DNA of 64,000 bases from Candidatus Saccharimonadota bacterium (GTDB taxonomy: Bacteria; Patescibacteriota; Saccharimonadia; CAILAD01; BJGX01), in NCBI GenBank assembly GCA_016191105.1, contig JACPPH010000004.1:65230-129229 (forward strand). The letters run 5' to 3'. Below the pieces are notes generated by a model. That model had not been told where the DNA came from. It ran no database searches and was given only the letters and a program-made list of their open reading frames with translations. Every line of letters starts with the position of its first letter. The first letter of the stretch is position 1. This document shows positions 18,864 through 28,596 of this stretch, piece after piece. The position numbers and the translations under genes were made by a program.

Positions 18864-18893
18864 CTTGACAAGAGCCTAACTTTATAGTATACT
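18864..18893 (+). promoter_or_regulatory. Sigma70 promoter TTGACA-N17-TATACT upstream of island F
   Basis: Consensus -35 and good -10 with 17-nt spacing. Confidence 0.5.
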
Positions 18894-19042
18894 CTACAGA
18901 TTCAATCTTCGCTGTTCGCTAGTCAGCGAAAGCGAATTGTTGAACGCTCCTTGCTATTGCCTGCATTCTTGCGGGCAATCTGATGAGAAATTTTGAAATC
19001 TAAATAGTCAGCCCACCACAACTTCGCCCTTAGGAGGCAATC

Positions 19043-19456
19043 ATGGGTATCAACTATGCTGTCAGCGATCTGGGTGATGCCGACGGGTTGGCCGGAGAAC
19101 CGATCGATCAGCGCGCACTCGATCTAGCCGAGGCGCTCGAGATGTTCGTCGGCCTCACACATGATGCGGGTGCGAACTTCACGGTTCAGATCACCCTCGT
19201 CGACGAGACCAAGGTGGTCGTCTACTACACCCACTACCTGGGTTTGGTACCGTCGTCCAACCCGGAGAGGCTGTACAACAGCAGCAACTACGGGTTCTTC
19301 TACGCGTTCGAGAAGGATCCCGAGGATCATCTCGACACCTTCGACCAGTTCCTGTTCACCGTGGGGTGCATCGTCAAGGCGGCGCCCTGGATCTGCACCG
19401 AGCGGGTGCTGCGCCGCATCGTCGCCGGCGACGATGCTGGCCAACCAGCAGCATGA
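19043..19456 (+). CDS. Hypothetical acidic protein F1 (island F)
   Basis: AGGAGG Shine-Dalgarno 6 nt upstream. High GC. Confidence 0.4.
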   Translation: MGINYAVSDLGDADGLAGEPIDQRALDLAEALEMFVGLTHDAGANFTVQITLVDETKVVVYYTHYLGLVPSSNPERLYNSSNYGFFYAFEKDPEDHLDTFDQFLFTVGCIVKAAPWICTERVLRRIVAGDDAGQPAA

Positions 19457-19570
19457 TCATCGTTGTGGTGGAATGTGGGGGCCCTTCGGGGCCCCTGCCA
19501 CCACCAGGCTGACTATTTAGATATTCTCGTTAGCTTGCCCGTAAGGAACTGCAAACGATTGGAGATAATC

Positions 19571-19717
19571 ATGGATAAGAATGCGCAGATCATCAAGCTG
19601 GGGGTCTACTCCGAGCTCAACCTGACCTACGCCACCCGCAACGTCTGGTTCGACGACATCCTCATCGGCCATGTGCCGGCGGAGGATCTCGTGGAGCCCG
19701 AAGAGATCAGCAGCTGA
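19571..19717 (+). CDS. 48-aa hypothetical protein F2
   Basis: GGAG Shine-Dalgarno. Trimmed from the 84-aa table ORF to the internal ATG that has an RBS. Confidence 0.3.
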   Translation: MDKNAQIIKLGVYSELNLTYATRNVWFDDILIGHVPAEDLVEPEEISS

Positions 19718-19795
19718 ACCCCCAACGCAGGCAACAACGAAGCAAGGAGCTCCCGAGAACCGTTCTCCGCCAGCCGGCGGAACGCGGTGCTCGGG

Positions 19796-19849
19796 CCAGC
19801 TCCCGAGTTCTGATCCGCTGTCCAACGGAATTCAGGATTCAGGAGCTGG
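19796..19849 (+). repeat. 54-nt imperfect palindrome (ccagctcc...ggagctgg), copy 1, downstream of F2
   Basis: Near-identical copy at 20341-20394 downstream of F3. Confidence 0.6.
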
Positions 19850-19887
19850 AGTGTTACTCTAGCAAAAGTTCCTTGCAGTATCCGTAA

Positions 19888-19908
19888 CTTGTAGCAGTAT
19901 GCTACAAG
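19888..19908. promoter_or_regulatory. Perfect palindrome cttgtagca-gta-tgctacaag (operator-like) overlapping an extended -10 TGCTACAAG upstream of F3
   Basis: Seen directly. 9-bp arms. Confidence 0.45.
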
Positions 19909-19929
19909 TTCAATCGATTGGAGTGACTC

Positions 19930-20295
19930 ATGGAAGTGAAACACGAGAGAGGCGTCGTCGTGGCGTTCTATCCCGGGAGCGATTCCGGTGTTCTCGGCGT
20001 CTACGACGACAGGCTCATGCTGACCGACGAGGAGATCCTGTTCCATCTCGGTGATGGAACGATGATCAAGATCATCGATGACGACGCTGTCTTCGGTGAG
20101 CCGTTCGGCGATGACCAGAGCCCAGATGCGTCGTTGTTGCGGTGCCCCCGGGTTGGAGAGCTCGTCGTCTTCGAGAGGACCGAGCAGGACGGCGAGAACG
20201 TGAAGGCACGGCCATGGACGTACGGCTTCCTCTACGACAACTTCACGGGGGACATGAGGCCACCCTCCGGGGTGAGCAAGCGGCAGCCTGCCTGA
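19930..20295 (+). CDS. Hypothetical acidic protein F3
   Basis: GGAG Shine-Dalgarno. High GC. Asp/Glu-rich. Confidence 0.4.
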   Translation: MEVKHERGVVVAFYPGSDSGVLGVYDDRLMLTDEEILFHLGDGTMIKIIDDDAVFGEPFGDDQSPDASLLRCPRVGELVVFERTEQDGENVKARPWTYGFLYDNFTGDMRPPSGVSKRQPA

Positions 20296-20340
20296 AGCCC
20301 AACCCCAACAAGCAAGGAGCAACGGGCCGACTAGTTCGGC

Positions 20341-20394
20341 CCAGCTCCCGAGTTCTGATCCGCTATCCAGCGGAATTCAGGATTCAGGAGCTGG
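20341..20394 (+). repeat. 54-nt imperfect palindrome, copy 2
   Basis: See 19796-19849. Confidence 0.6.
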
Positions 20395-20494
20395 AACGCT
20401 TTAGTTCGAGCAAATCGCTCTTTGTTTTTGCAATACCTGGCCACGAGGTTCGTGGCAAGCAACCGACGGAAACAGACTACGAAAGGAAACCGTC

Positions 20495-21106
20495 ATGACA
20501 ACACACCTCTCCGAAGAGGCCCGCAAGATGATCGAGGACTTCACCACCGCCACCGTGAGCGCGTGGATGGATGCTGGCATCATCAAGACCAACTCCTGGG
20601 GCGTATGGCTCGAGGCCGACGACCCCAACGGCGACTTCGAGAACGCCGTCGATCACCGGTTCGGCTTCGACCACCCCGAGGGCAAGCACGACGCCGAGTG
20701 GTACATCGCCAACGCCAAGGGCAAGTGCGAAGCCTGCTTCGCCACCGGCAAGGACAGCCACGAGGCTGTTCGAACCTGGCAAGGCATGCTCAACGGCGTG
20801 GACGGCATCTTCCCTTGGGGCGGCGCGATCATCGACACCGACTATGGAATCTGCGTCGGCGTCAGCGGCTTCCGCGAGGACGAAGATCTGATGGTGGCCC
20901 GTGCCATCCGCAACTTCATCGTCATGCTGTTGGATCGCAAGGGGCAGAACTACATCGACGAGACCCGCGCACGCGGCAAGGACGATGCCCCCGATCCCAG
21001 CGACAGGTTCACCAGGGCCTCGAAGCCCGACGACTACGAGGACTTCGGCGAGGGTCCGATCGGCCGGGAGTTTTCGAAGACCACCCATCCGAACCTGACC
21101 ACCTAG
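20495..21106 (+). CDS. Hypothetical acidic protein F4 (203 aa)
   Basis: AAAGGAAA Shine-Dalgarno. High GC. Followed by the perfect hairpin gagcatccgcc-tca-ggcggatgctc (21129-21153). Confidence 0.45.
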   Translation: MTTHLSEEARKMIEDFTTATVSAWMDAGIIKTNSWGVWLEADDPNGDFENAVDHRFGFDHPEGKHDAEWYIANAKGKCEACFATGKDSHEAVRTWQGMLNGVDGIFPWGGAIIDTDYGICVGVSGFREDEDLMVARAIRNFIVMLLDRKGQNYIDETRARGKDDAPDPSDRFTRASKPDDYEDFGEGPIGREFSKTTHPNLTT

Positions 21107-21236
21107 TCGACAAGCAATGCAAAGAGCCGAGCATCCGCCTCAGGCGGATGCTCACAGCTCTCAAGCTAATCAGTTATGATTGGTTTAAGAGCTGAATCCA
21201 TAAGTCATTCTGAACTTGTTGCAGAATCTCAAAATT

Positions 21237-21530
21237 ATGAGCAAACAATATTACGTATACCTGCTGACTAATAAGACAAATCAAGTTTTGTATACTGGTG
21301 TAACTAGTGATTTAGTCAGACGAGTTAATGAACACAAAAATCATCTCGTTGAGGGGTACTCTGATAAATACAATGTAGATAAACTTGTATACTTTGAAGT
21401 GCTTGACGATCCCGAAAATGCAATTAAAAGGGAGAAGCAAATAAAAAATTGGCATAGAGACTGGAAGCTAAGCCAAATAAAGAAAAGTAATCCCAATATG
21501 AAGGACTTGTATGAGAAGATCCTGAAATAA
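21237..21530 (+). CDS. GIY-YIG nuclease family protein
   Basis: YVYLL...LYTGVT...RRVNEHK motifs. 8 nt upstream of truB. Confidence 0.8.
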   Translation: MSKQYYVYLLTNKTNQVLYTGVTSDLVRRVNEHKNHLVEGYSDKYNVDKLVYFEVLDDPENAIKREKQIKNWHRDWKLSQIKKSNPNMKDLYEKILK

Positions 21531-21537
21531 ATTCAGG

Positions 21538-22185
21538 ATGACAAGAACTATGCAAATAAAAGAAGGCATTCTACTCATAAACAAACCGCGCGGGCGGAGT
21601 AGTTTTAGTATGGTTGCCCAAGTGCGTCGAATTAGTGGTGTCAAACGGGTTGGCCATGCCGGCACCCTCGACCCGGAGGCCGAAGGCCTGCTGATAGTAC
21701 TAGTGGGTAAGGAGTACACCAAAAAGTCAGATAGCTTTCTTAAACTCGATAAAACTTATGAATTCACTATCAGGTTGGGCCAATCTAGCACAACAGGAGA
21801 TAAGGAAGGCGAGAAAACAGCTATCTCGAGCGATAAACCAACCGAAAAGGCCATTTTGAACGTTTTACAGGGCCTGCAGGGCGAGCTTAAGCAGGTTCCG
21901 CCTATTTATAGCGCTATCAAAGTAAACGGCCAGCGGGCCTATAAATTGGCCGCCAAGGGCCAAAAACCGGATTTAGAAGCTCGTGAGATAACCATTTACA
22001 GCTTAGAATTGCTCGATTACACCTATCCACAGCTAAAACTACGTGCCGAGGTTAGTAGTGGTACATATATACGGGTATTAGGTGAAACTATTGGGATGCA
22101 GCTTGGAACCGGGGCCTATTGCACCGAGATTATTCGTACCAAAATTGGCAAATATGACCTGAAAAATGCTATTATCTTAGATTAA
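21538..22185 (+). CDS. truB: tRNA pseudouridine(55) synthase
   Basis: Catalytic GHAGTLDPEAEGLL motif. Size fits TruB. Confidence 0.9.
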   Translation: MTRTMQIKEGILLINKPRGRSSFSMVAQVRRISGVKRVGHAGTLDPEAEGLLIVLVGKEYTKKSDSFLKLDKTYEFTIRLGQSSTTGDKEGEKTAISSDKPTEKAILNVLQGLQGELKQVPPIYSAIKVNGQRAYKLAAKGQKPDLEAREITIYSLELLDYTYPQLKLRAEVSSGTYIRVLGETIGMQLGTGAYCTEIIRTKIGKYDLKNAIILD

Positions 22186-22199
22186 TTTTTCCATCTACC

Positions 22200-22557
22200 T
22201 CCTAGTCATTCCCGCGTAGGCGGGAATCTAAACAATTTCTTGGTACAAGTCATTCCATTCGGGATTAGAAGATTCTATTTTGCGAATCTTCCAAGATCGA
22301 TTCCACTTCTTCATCTGGTTCTCTCTGACAATTGCCTCGTTGATATCGTCATATTGAGCGAACCAAACGAGCTTAGTAACGTTGTACTTTTTGGTGAACC
22401 CAGCTACTAAGTGATTTTTATGCTCGTAAACTCGTTTAGCCAGATTACTGGTAACACCAATATATAGAGTTCCATTGCGATCACTTGCCAATATATAAAC
22501 ATACCCAACTTTCATGAGCAGATATTATACTGGATTCCCGCCTATAAGCGGGAATGA
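22200..22557. mobile_element. Hairpin-flanked mini-element carrying a GIY-YIG gene
   Basis: Near-identical palindromic hairpins (stem ATTCCCGC/GCGGGAAT) at 22203-22224 and 22531-22555 bracket the gene. Confidence 0.4.
22228..22515 (-). CDS. GIY-YIG nuclease family protein (paralog of 21237-21530, ~55% identical)
   Basis: GYVYIL...LYIGVT...KRVYEHK. Confidence 0.8.
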   Translation of the reverse strand: MKVGYVYILASDRNGTLYIGVTSNLAKRVYEHKNHLVAGFTKKYNVTKLVWFAQYDDINEAIVRENQMKKWNRSWKIRKIESSNPEWNDLYQEIV

Positions 22558-22579
22558 CGGGTAGAGGGTGTTGTTCAAC

Positions 22580-22968
22580 GGCCGTTGCTACGATCAGCAA
22601 GCGAAGCCGCCAAGCAACGCTCCTGATTGCGAGAATTCGCTGGCTAGCGAACCGCACAGCAACAGGAAGTTGCGACTGGCTAAGTACTGCTAGATCGTAA
22701 GCACAGGCCAAACGGTTTTGCTATCTTTTGCCAAGACAAAAGATAGTTGCCCGAAGGGTAAAAACCCTTCAAACCTATGGCTTTAAGCAGCCGGCACTTC
22801 TTTGAGACCCAAAGAAGCAAAGCCTCCGACATGGGCTCACACCTGGTGGCTGCTTGCTCGCTCGCAAGCTGAAGCTGCGGAACTCGTCCGCCAGCTGGCG
22901 ACTCAGACAGTCCTCGCTTGCAGCGTTTCGTGCTTAGCATGCTGTGTCCAGCTGTTCGAATGTCGGCA
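22580..22968 (+). ncRNA. Copy 2 of the repeated structured non-coding element
   Basis: Aligns with copies 1 and 3. Carries the ttcgc/gcgaa hairpin where the other copies have tttgg/ccaaa (a compensatory change). Confidence 0.45.
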
Positions 22969-23029
22969 AGAAGGCTAATACCTTTGGGGGCTTGATTAAT
23001 TACCTGAAATCTGCTAATATTTAAAGTCT

Positions 23030-23296
23030 ATGATAGCTCAAACCACCAAGAAAAAGCTCATAAAAGACTACTCAACCCACGGCAAAGACACTGGTTCGGC
23101 CGAGGTTCAGATTGCTCTTTTTACCACCAAGATCAACGAGCTAACCAGCCATCTTAAGACCCACAAAAAAGATAATCACTCCAGGCGCGGATTGCTAGCT
23201 ATGGTAAGCAAACGCCGACGCCTGCTGGATTACTTGCAAAAGAAGAGTCCTGATCGATACTCAAAGCTCATCAAAAAACTGAAACTTCGCCGCTAG
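23030..23296 (+). CDS. rpsO: 30S ribosomal protein S15
   Basis: Typical S15 sequence ([35 protein letters not shown]). Confidence 0.9.
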   Translation: MIAQTTKKKLIKDYSTHGKDTGSAEVQIALFTTKINELTSHLKTHKKDNHSRRGLLAMVSKRRRLLDYLQKKSPDRYSKLIKKLKLRR

Positions 23297-23596
23297 TCGA
23301 CGAGTTTATTTGACAAGCTTCAGCGTTGCAATTTCCGTTGCTCGCTACACGTAGGCTTACTACGCTTTGCTGCACTACTCAATTGCGCCTTGAATCTTGT
23401 ACAAATATTCCTCGTCTTAAGGATTGCAGGCCTTCCAATTTAGCAATTTTGTGCTATATTGTAAGCGTACATTAAGTAACACATTTACTCTGCCGGTTAG
23501 TGATAGGATTAAGTGATCATCGCCTAAAAAACGATACTGATCAATTGCTTCTAGCACTAACTTAACAAAACCAGCGCAGAGTATATTAGGAGATAC

Positions 23597-25738
23597 ATGG
23601 ATATAATTCATCCATTTGGGGGTAAACAGGTAGAACTCGAAACCGAGTTTGCCGGCAAAAAACTAAAAATGACTACAGGCGACATGGCTTTTCGGGCCGA
23701 TGGCGAAGTTCGGGTTGCATATGGCGACACCGTGGTGTTGGCCACAGCTGTGGTAGCACCCGAGGTCAAAGCTGACACCGACTTCTTTCCGCTATTAATC
23801 GATTACGAGGAGCGGCTCTACGCCAGCGGTAAAATCAGCGGCAGTCGATTCATGAAGCGCGAAGGCCGACCGAGCGATCAGGCGGTGCTGACCTCACGAC
23901 TAATTGATCGACCATTGCGCCCACTCTTTCCCAAAGGTTACCGTAACGACGTGCAAGTTGTGGTAACGGTCTTGAGTGCTGATCTCGAGCACGAACCAGA
24001 TGTTATTGCTATAATTGCTGCCAGTACAGCACTAATGCTAACCGGCGCACCTTTTGATGGTCCGGTGGGTGCAGCTCGGATTGGTTTAATCGATGATAAG
24101 CTGGTGGCCAACCCAACTACCACCGAGCAAGAAGCTAGCAAGCTAAACCTGACAGTTGCTGGCACCAAAGATGCCGTGATGATGGTAGAGGCCAGTGCCA
24201 ACGAGGTGAGCGAAAAGACTCTGGTCGAAGCCCTGGAGCTAGCCGTTAAAACCTGGCAGCCGGTGATTAAGGCTCAGCAAGAGCTGGTGGAAAAACTCAA
24301 GGTTGAACCACGTGAATACCAGCTCTTTACCCCGAGCGAAGAAGCCCAGACCAAAATCGCAGAATTTCTAAAAGACCGCCTGGGCGAGACCATTCGCAAC
24401 GAAAATAAGCAAATGCGCCACGAAGCCTTGCAGACGCTCGAAGCCGAAGTCTTAAACGAATTTGGCACGCTCTCCGATGAGCTCAAGCCAGATAGCAAAG
24501 AACGCTTTGGTCACCCAGATGTATTGGCTGCATTCGAAAAGATTATTGATCGCGAGATTCGTCGCTCGATCTTAGAAGAGGGCAAGCGACCCGATAACCG
24601 TAAGACCACTGAGATCCGACCAATCAGCGGGCAAGTTGGCCTACTGCCACGCACCCATGGAAGTGCCGTGTTTACTCGTGGCACCACCCAAGCCTTAACC
24701 CTAACCACACTTGGGTCGACCTCGGCTGCACAGCTAATCGACACCATGGAAGAAGATCGCGAAAAACGCTACATACACCACTACAACTTTCCGCCGTTTA
24801 GCACTGGCGAGGCTAGACCCATGCGCTCAACAGGGCGCCGCGAGGTTGGCCACGGCTACCTGGCTGAACGAGCTTTGCTGCCAGTTATTCCAGTAGTCGA
24901 AGATTTTCCCTATACCATTCGAGTGGTTTCAGAAATGCTTAGTAGCGCTGGCTCAACCTCGATGGCTAGTGTTTGTGGCAGCACCATGAGCCTCATGGAT
25001 GCTGGTGTGCCAATCAGTAAACCGGTTAGCGGCATAGCCATGGGCCTAATGATTGATCACGACAATCCTAAAAAGTATGTAATCTTGAGCGACCTTCAAG
25101 ACGCCGAAGACTTTGCTGGTGACATGGACTTTAAGGTAGCTGGCACCGATGCTGGCATTACGGCGCTACAGATGGACATTAAAGTAAAGGGCATTACTCT
25201 AGAAATCATGAGCGCTGCCCTCAAGCAGGCCAGCCAGGGCCGAGCTCACATACTATCGAAGATGCTTGAGGTAATTGCTGAGCCCCGAGCCGAAACCAGC
25301 CAATATGCGCCACGCATTACCAAACTGCAGATTAGCCCAGATAAAATTCGCGAGGTGATTGGCAAAGGCGGTGAGACTATTCAAAAGATTATTGCCGAAA
25401 CCGGTGTGGAGATCGACATCGAAGACTCTGGTCTAGTAATGATTGCCAGTACCGACCAAAAAGCTGCCAAGGCCGCTACCGAATGGATTGAATCGATCGT
25501 GGTGGAGCCCGAGATTGGCAAGGTTTACGACGGCACTGTAGTTAAGGTCTTAGATTTCGGCGCTTTTGTAGAGATCTTGCCCGGCAAAGAGGGCATGGTG
25601 CACATTTCTCAAATCCGTGACGAGCGAGTTGAGGACATTCACAAGGAGCTCAAAGAGGGTGATAAAGTAACAGTTAAGTTACTCGAAATAGATTCTCAAG
25701 GACGACTCAACCTGTCTATAAAGGCTGCTAAAAAATAG
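23597..25738 (+). CDS. pnp: Polyribonucleotide nucleotidyltransferase (PNPase)
   Basis: Two RNase PH domains, KH and S1 domains. ~300-nt structured leader upstream. Confidence 0.95.
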   Translation: MDIIHPFGGKQVELETEFAGKKLKMTTGDMAFRADGEVRVAYGDTVVLATAVVAPEVKADTDFFPLLIDYEERLYASGKISGSRFMKREGRPSDQAVLTSRLIDRPLRPLFPKGYRNDVQVVVTVLSADLEHEPDVIAIIAASTALMLTGAPFDGPVGAARIGLIDDKLVANPTTTEQEASKLNLTVAGTKDAVMMVEASANEVSEKTLVEALELAVKTWQPVIKAQQELVEKLKVEPREYQLFTPSEEAQTKIAEFLKDRLGETIRNENKQMRHEALQTLEAEVLNEFGTLSDELKPDSKERFGHPDVLAAFEKIIDREIRRSILEEGKRPDNRKTTEIRPISGQVGLLPRTHGSAVFTRGTTQALTLTTLGSTSAAQLIDTMEEDREKRYIHHYNFPPFSTGEARPMRSTGRREVGHGYLAERALLPVIPVVEDFPYTIRVVSEMLSSAGSTSMASVCGSTMSLMDAGVPISKPVSGIAMGLMIDHDNPKKYVILSDLQDAEDFAGDMDFKVAGTDAGITALQMDIKVKGITLEIMSAALKQASQGRAHILSKMLEVIAEPRAETSQYAPRITKLQISPDKIREVIGKGGETIQKIIAETGVEIDIEDSGLVMIASTDQKAAKAATEWIESIVVEPEIGKVYDGTVVKVLDFGAFVEILPGKEGMVHISQIRDERVEDIHKELKEGDKVTVKLLEIDSQGRLNLSIKAAKK

Positions 25739-25790
25739 CTGCCCAAGTTCGTGTTCGCAGACTGCTGCGGGCGTCACTGGGGCAACTCGT

Positions 25791-26372
25791 ATGACCAAAG
25801 CTGAAAAACAGGCCAAATTAGACGAAATTGCCAAACCGATCTTGGATCGCAGCCTTGAGCTTGAGATCGCCAAGTCTTGTCTTAACCCGGTGCCGGGTGA
25901 GGGTAACCCAGCTGCCGAGATTATGTTTGTGGGCGAGGCGCCAGGCGCCGAAGAAGACAAGCAGAGCCGGCCATTCGTGGGGGCCAGCGGTAAGTTTCTA
26001 GAGAGCATGCTCGAAACAATTGATCGCAGCCGGCAAGACGTATTTATAACCAACATTGTAAAGTTCCGACCACCCAACAACCGCGATCCCTCCCGCGAAG
26101 AAATCCAAGCTTGCCTGCCGTACCTACTAGCTCAAATTAAAGTCATCGACCCCAAACTAATCGTGTTTCTGGGCCGCCACTCTATGAACGTATTTTTTCC
26201 GGAGCTGCGGATAAGCCAAGCTCATGGCCAGCCAGTTAAGCGTTCTGGGCGGGTGTTCTTGCCGCTTTATCACCCTGCGGCCGCACTCTATAACGGTTCC
26301 ATGCGCGCTATTTTGCAAGAAGATTTTGGCCGCATTCCAGCGATCTTACGCAAAGTTGAACAACAAAGCTGA
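25791..26372 (+). CDS. Uracil-DNA glycosylase, family 4
   Basis: GEAPGAEEDKQSRPFVGASGKFL and C-terminal HPAAAL motifs. Confidence 0.8.
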   Translation: MTKAEKQAKLDEIAKPILDRSLELEIAKSCLNPVPGEGNPAAEIMFVGEAPGAEEDKQSRPFVGASGKFLESMLETIDRSRQDVFITNIVKFRPPNNRDPSREEIQACLPYLLAQIKVIDPKLIVFLGRHSMNVFFPELRISQAHGQPVKRSGRVFLPLYHPAAALYNGSMRAILQEDFGRIPAILRKVEQQS

Positions 26373-26517
26373 CATAAAAGTGTCATCCTGAGCGAAGCCG
26401 AATTAGTAAACATTCGACCCCGGTCAAGATGACAATAAAGTCATACTCTAAACAATTAAACATGCTCACTGACATGTTGAGCAACAGATAGAAAGGAGCT
26501 TTAAAAAGCTTATAACT

Positions 26518-28596
26518 ATGAAAGAAGACAAACTAAAAAGCCGTCCGTTGACGGCTCAAGATTTGGGAGCCGCTACACAAGCTAAGGCTAAGAAGCCAAC
26601 AGCGTCTGCCAGCTCACCAAACAAACGAACACAAAATAATAACACTAAACCCGCCCAGAACAGGTCGAACAATTCGAGCAAACCAAGCAACCACCCTCGC
26701 GGCGGTAAGACCCAAAACGACAACCGACCAAACGATGGCGGCAAGCCAAATGGCAACCGACCCAATGGTGGTGGTAAACCACGCTCTGGCGGCGGTGGTG
26801 GTCAACGCCGGCGTTTCGACAAACGTCCTAGTGAGTACATGACCGGTACTTTTAACAAACTCGATCAAAGCAAGACCGCAGCCAAGGCGGTGGGGCTATC
26901 TAGGGCCGATGCCGGTAAGCTCAAAATCATTCCTTTGGGTGGTTTGGGCCAAATCGGCAAGAACGTTATGGCCTTAGAGTACGAAAATGACATGATTGTA
27001 ATGGATCTAGGCTTTATGTTCCCCGGCCCCGAACTACCTGGAATTGATTACATTATTCCTGATATTAGCTACCTCGAGGAGCGCAAGCACAAGATCCGTG
27101 GGCACTTTATTACCCATGCTCACTTAGACCACATAGGCGGCATTCCATTTATGTTGCCCAAGATGCCGGCGCCAATTTATGGTGCCAAATTCACTGTAAA
27201 GTTTATTGAGCGCCAACTAGAGGAGTATAAGCTGCCATTTAAGCCCGAGATGCATATTGTCGATCAAGATAACGGCCAGAAGATCCAAGCTGGTGTCTTT
27301 AGTATTGAATTTGTGCGAGTTAATCACTCCATTCCCGATGCCTGCGCCCTTGTGATCCGCACCCCGGCCGGCACCATCTTTAACACTGGTGACTGGCGGT
27401 TCGACCCCGATCCATACGACGGCAAGCCAACTGATCTAGCCAGGCTCAAGCAGATTGGCGATGAAGGTATATTACTATTGATGTGCGACTCCACCAGCTG
27501 TGAAACCATGGGTCGAAGCCCACGTGAGCAAGAAATTACCGAGACCCTCGATGAGATCTTTGCCCGCAATTACAACAAGCGGGTGATTATATCGTCGTTT
27601 TCATCACAGATTAGCCGTATGCAAATGATTATAGATGCTGTTGCCCGAGCTAAGCGCAAGATGGTGATTACTGGTCGCAGCATGCTCAGCAATGTCGAGC
27701 TAGCTGTAAAGATGGGCTACATTAAGATCCCGGCCAACACCATAATTCGTTCCCAAGACGTCAACAAATATCAAGATGGACAGGTAGCGATCTTGGCTAC
27801 CGGCTCGCAGGGTGAGGAGTTTGCAGTGCTAAACCGCATGGGTCGAGGTGAGGTCAAAGACATTAAGATTCGCAAAAACGATGTCGTGGTCTTGAGTTCG
27901 TCGATTATTCCAGGCAACGAAAAACCAATTTGGGGCATGATCGATAACATTTTGCGTTGGGGGCCGTATGTATACAGCAACGATCTGCGTCGCTTTGACG
28001 ATCTAGATATTATGCATATTTCTGGCCACGCCTACTACGAAGAGGTGGAGCAGATGATTAAGCTGATTCGACCTAAATACTATCTGCCAATTCACGGTGA
28101 GTTGCACCACTTGGTGCACAACAAACAGATCTGTATTCGCAGCAAAGTGGTATCAGAAGACAAGATTTTTGTAATCGAGAACGGCCAAACTCTAGTGGCC
28201 GAAAAGGGTACCGTTAAGTTGGGAGCTAAGATACCCGTGCCAGACGTGCTGATCGATGGCGCAGGTATTGGCGACGTTCAAGAGATTGTACTCAAGGACC
28301 GTATAGCCATGTCCGAAGAAGGCGTGTTTACGGTGATTGCCACGGTGCAACGCAAAACCGGCAAACTGCTCACCAGCCCCGATATTATTAGCCGCGGCTT
28401 CATCTACATGAAAGATAACGAAGAGCTAGTTAACGGTGCCCGCCAGATCGTTAAAAATATCTTCGCGGGTCGACAAGGCAATGTGCCGCCTAGCTCACCA
28501 ATTATCAAAACTCGTATTCGCGACGAAGTCAGCAACTATCTCTATAAGGTAACCAAGCGCAACCCGATTGTATTACCAGTGGTGATAGAGGTTTAA
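26518..28596 (+). CDS. rnj: Ribonuclease J (metallo-beta-lactamase/beta-CASP) with an N-terminal Arg/Gly/Asn-rich disordered extension
   Basis: HxHxDH motif (HAHLDHIGG), beta-CASP region, ~550-aa core after a ~130-aa low-complexity N-terminus. Confidence 0.9.
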   Translation: MKEDKLKSRPLTAQDLGAATQAKAKKPTASASSPNKRTQNNNTKPAQNRSNNSSKPSNHPRGGKTQNDNRPNDGGKPNGNRPNGGGKPRSGGGGGQRRRFDKRPSEYMTGTFNKLDQSKTAAKAVGLSRADAGKLKIIPLGGLGQIGKNVMALEYENDMIVMDLGFMFPGPELPGIDYIIPDISYLEERKHKIRGHFITHAHLDHIGGIPFMLPKMPAPIYGAKFTVKFIERQLEEYKLPFKPEMHIVDQDNGQKIQAGVFSIEFVRVNHSIPDACALVIRTPAGTIFNTGDWRFDPDPYDGKPTDLARLKQIGDEGILLLMCDSTSCETMGRSPREQEITETLDEIFARNYNKRVIISSFSSQISRMQMIIDAVARAKRKMVITGRSMLSNVELAVKMGYIKIPANTIIRSQDVNKYQDGQVAILATGSQGEEFAVLNRMGRGEVKDIKIRKNDVVVLSSSIIPGNEKPIWGMIDNILRWGPYVYSNDLRRFDDLDIMHISGHAYYEEVEQMIKLIRPKYYLPIHGELHHLVHNKQICIRSKVVSEDKIFVIENGQTLVAEKGTVKLGAKIPVPDVLIDGAGIGDVQEIVLKDRIAMSEEGVFTVIATVQRKTGKLLTSPDIISRGFIYMKDNEELVNGARQIVKNIFAGRQGNVPPSSPIIKTRIRDEVSNYLYKVTKRNPIVLPVVIEV

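Noticed and set aside
19796-19849. Integron attC site interpretation of the 54-nt palindromes
   Set aside because: No GTTRRRY / RYYYAAC core pair could be found, and no integrase gene is present. Kept only as a generic cassette-boundary element.
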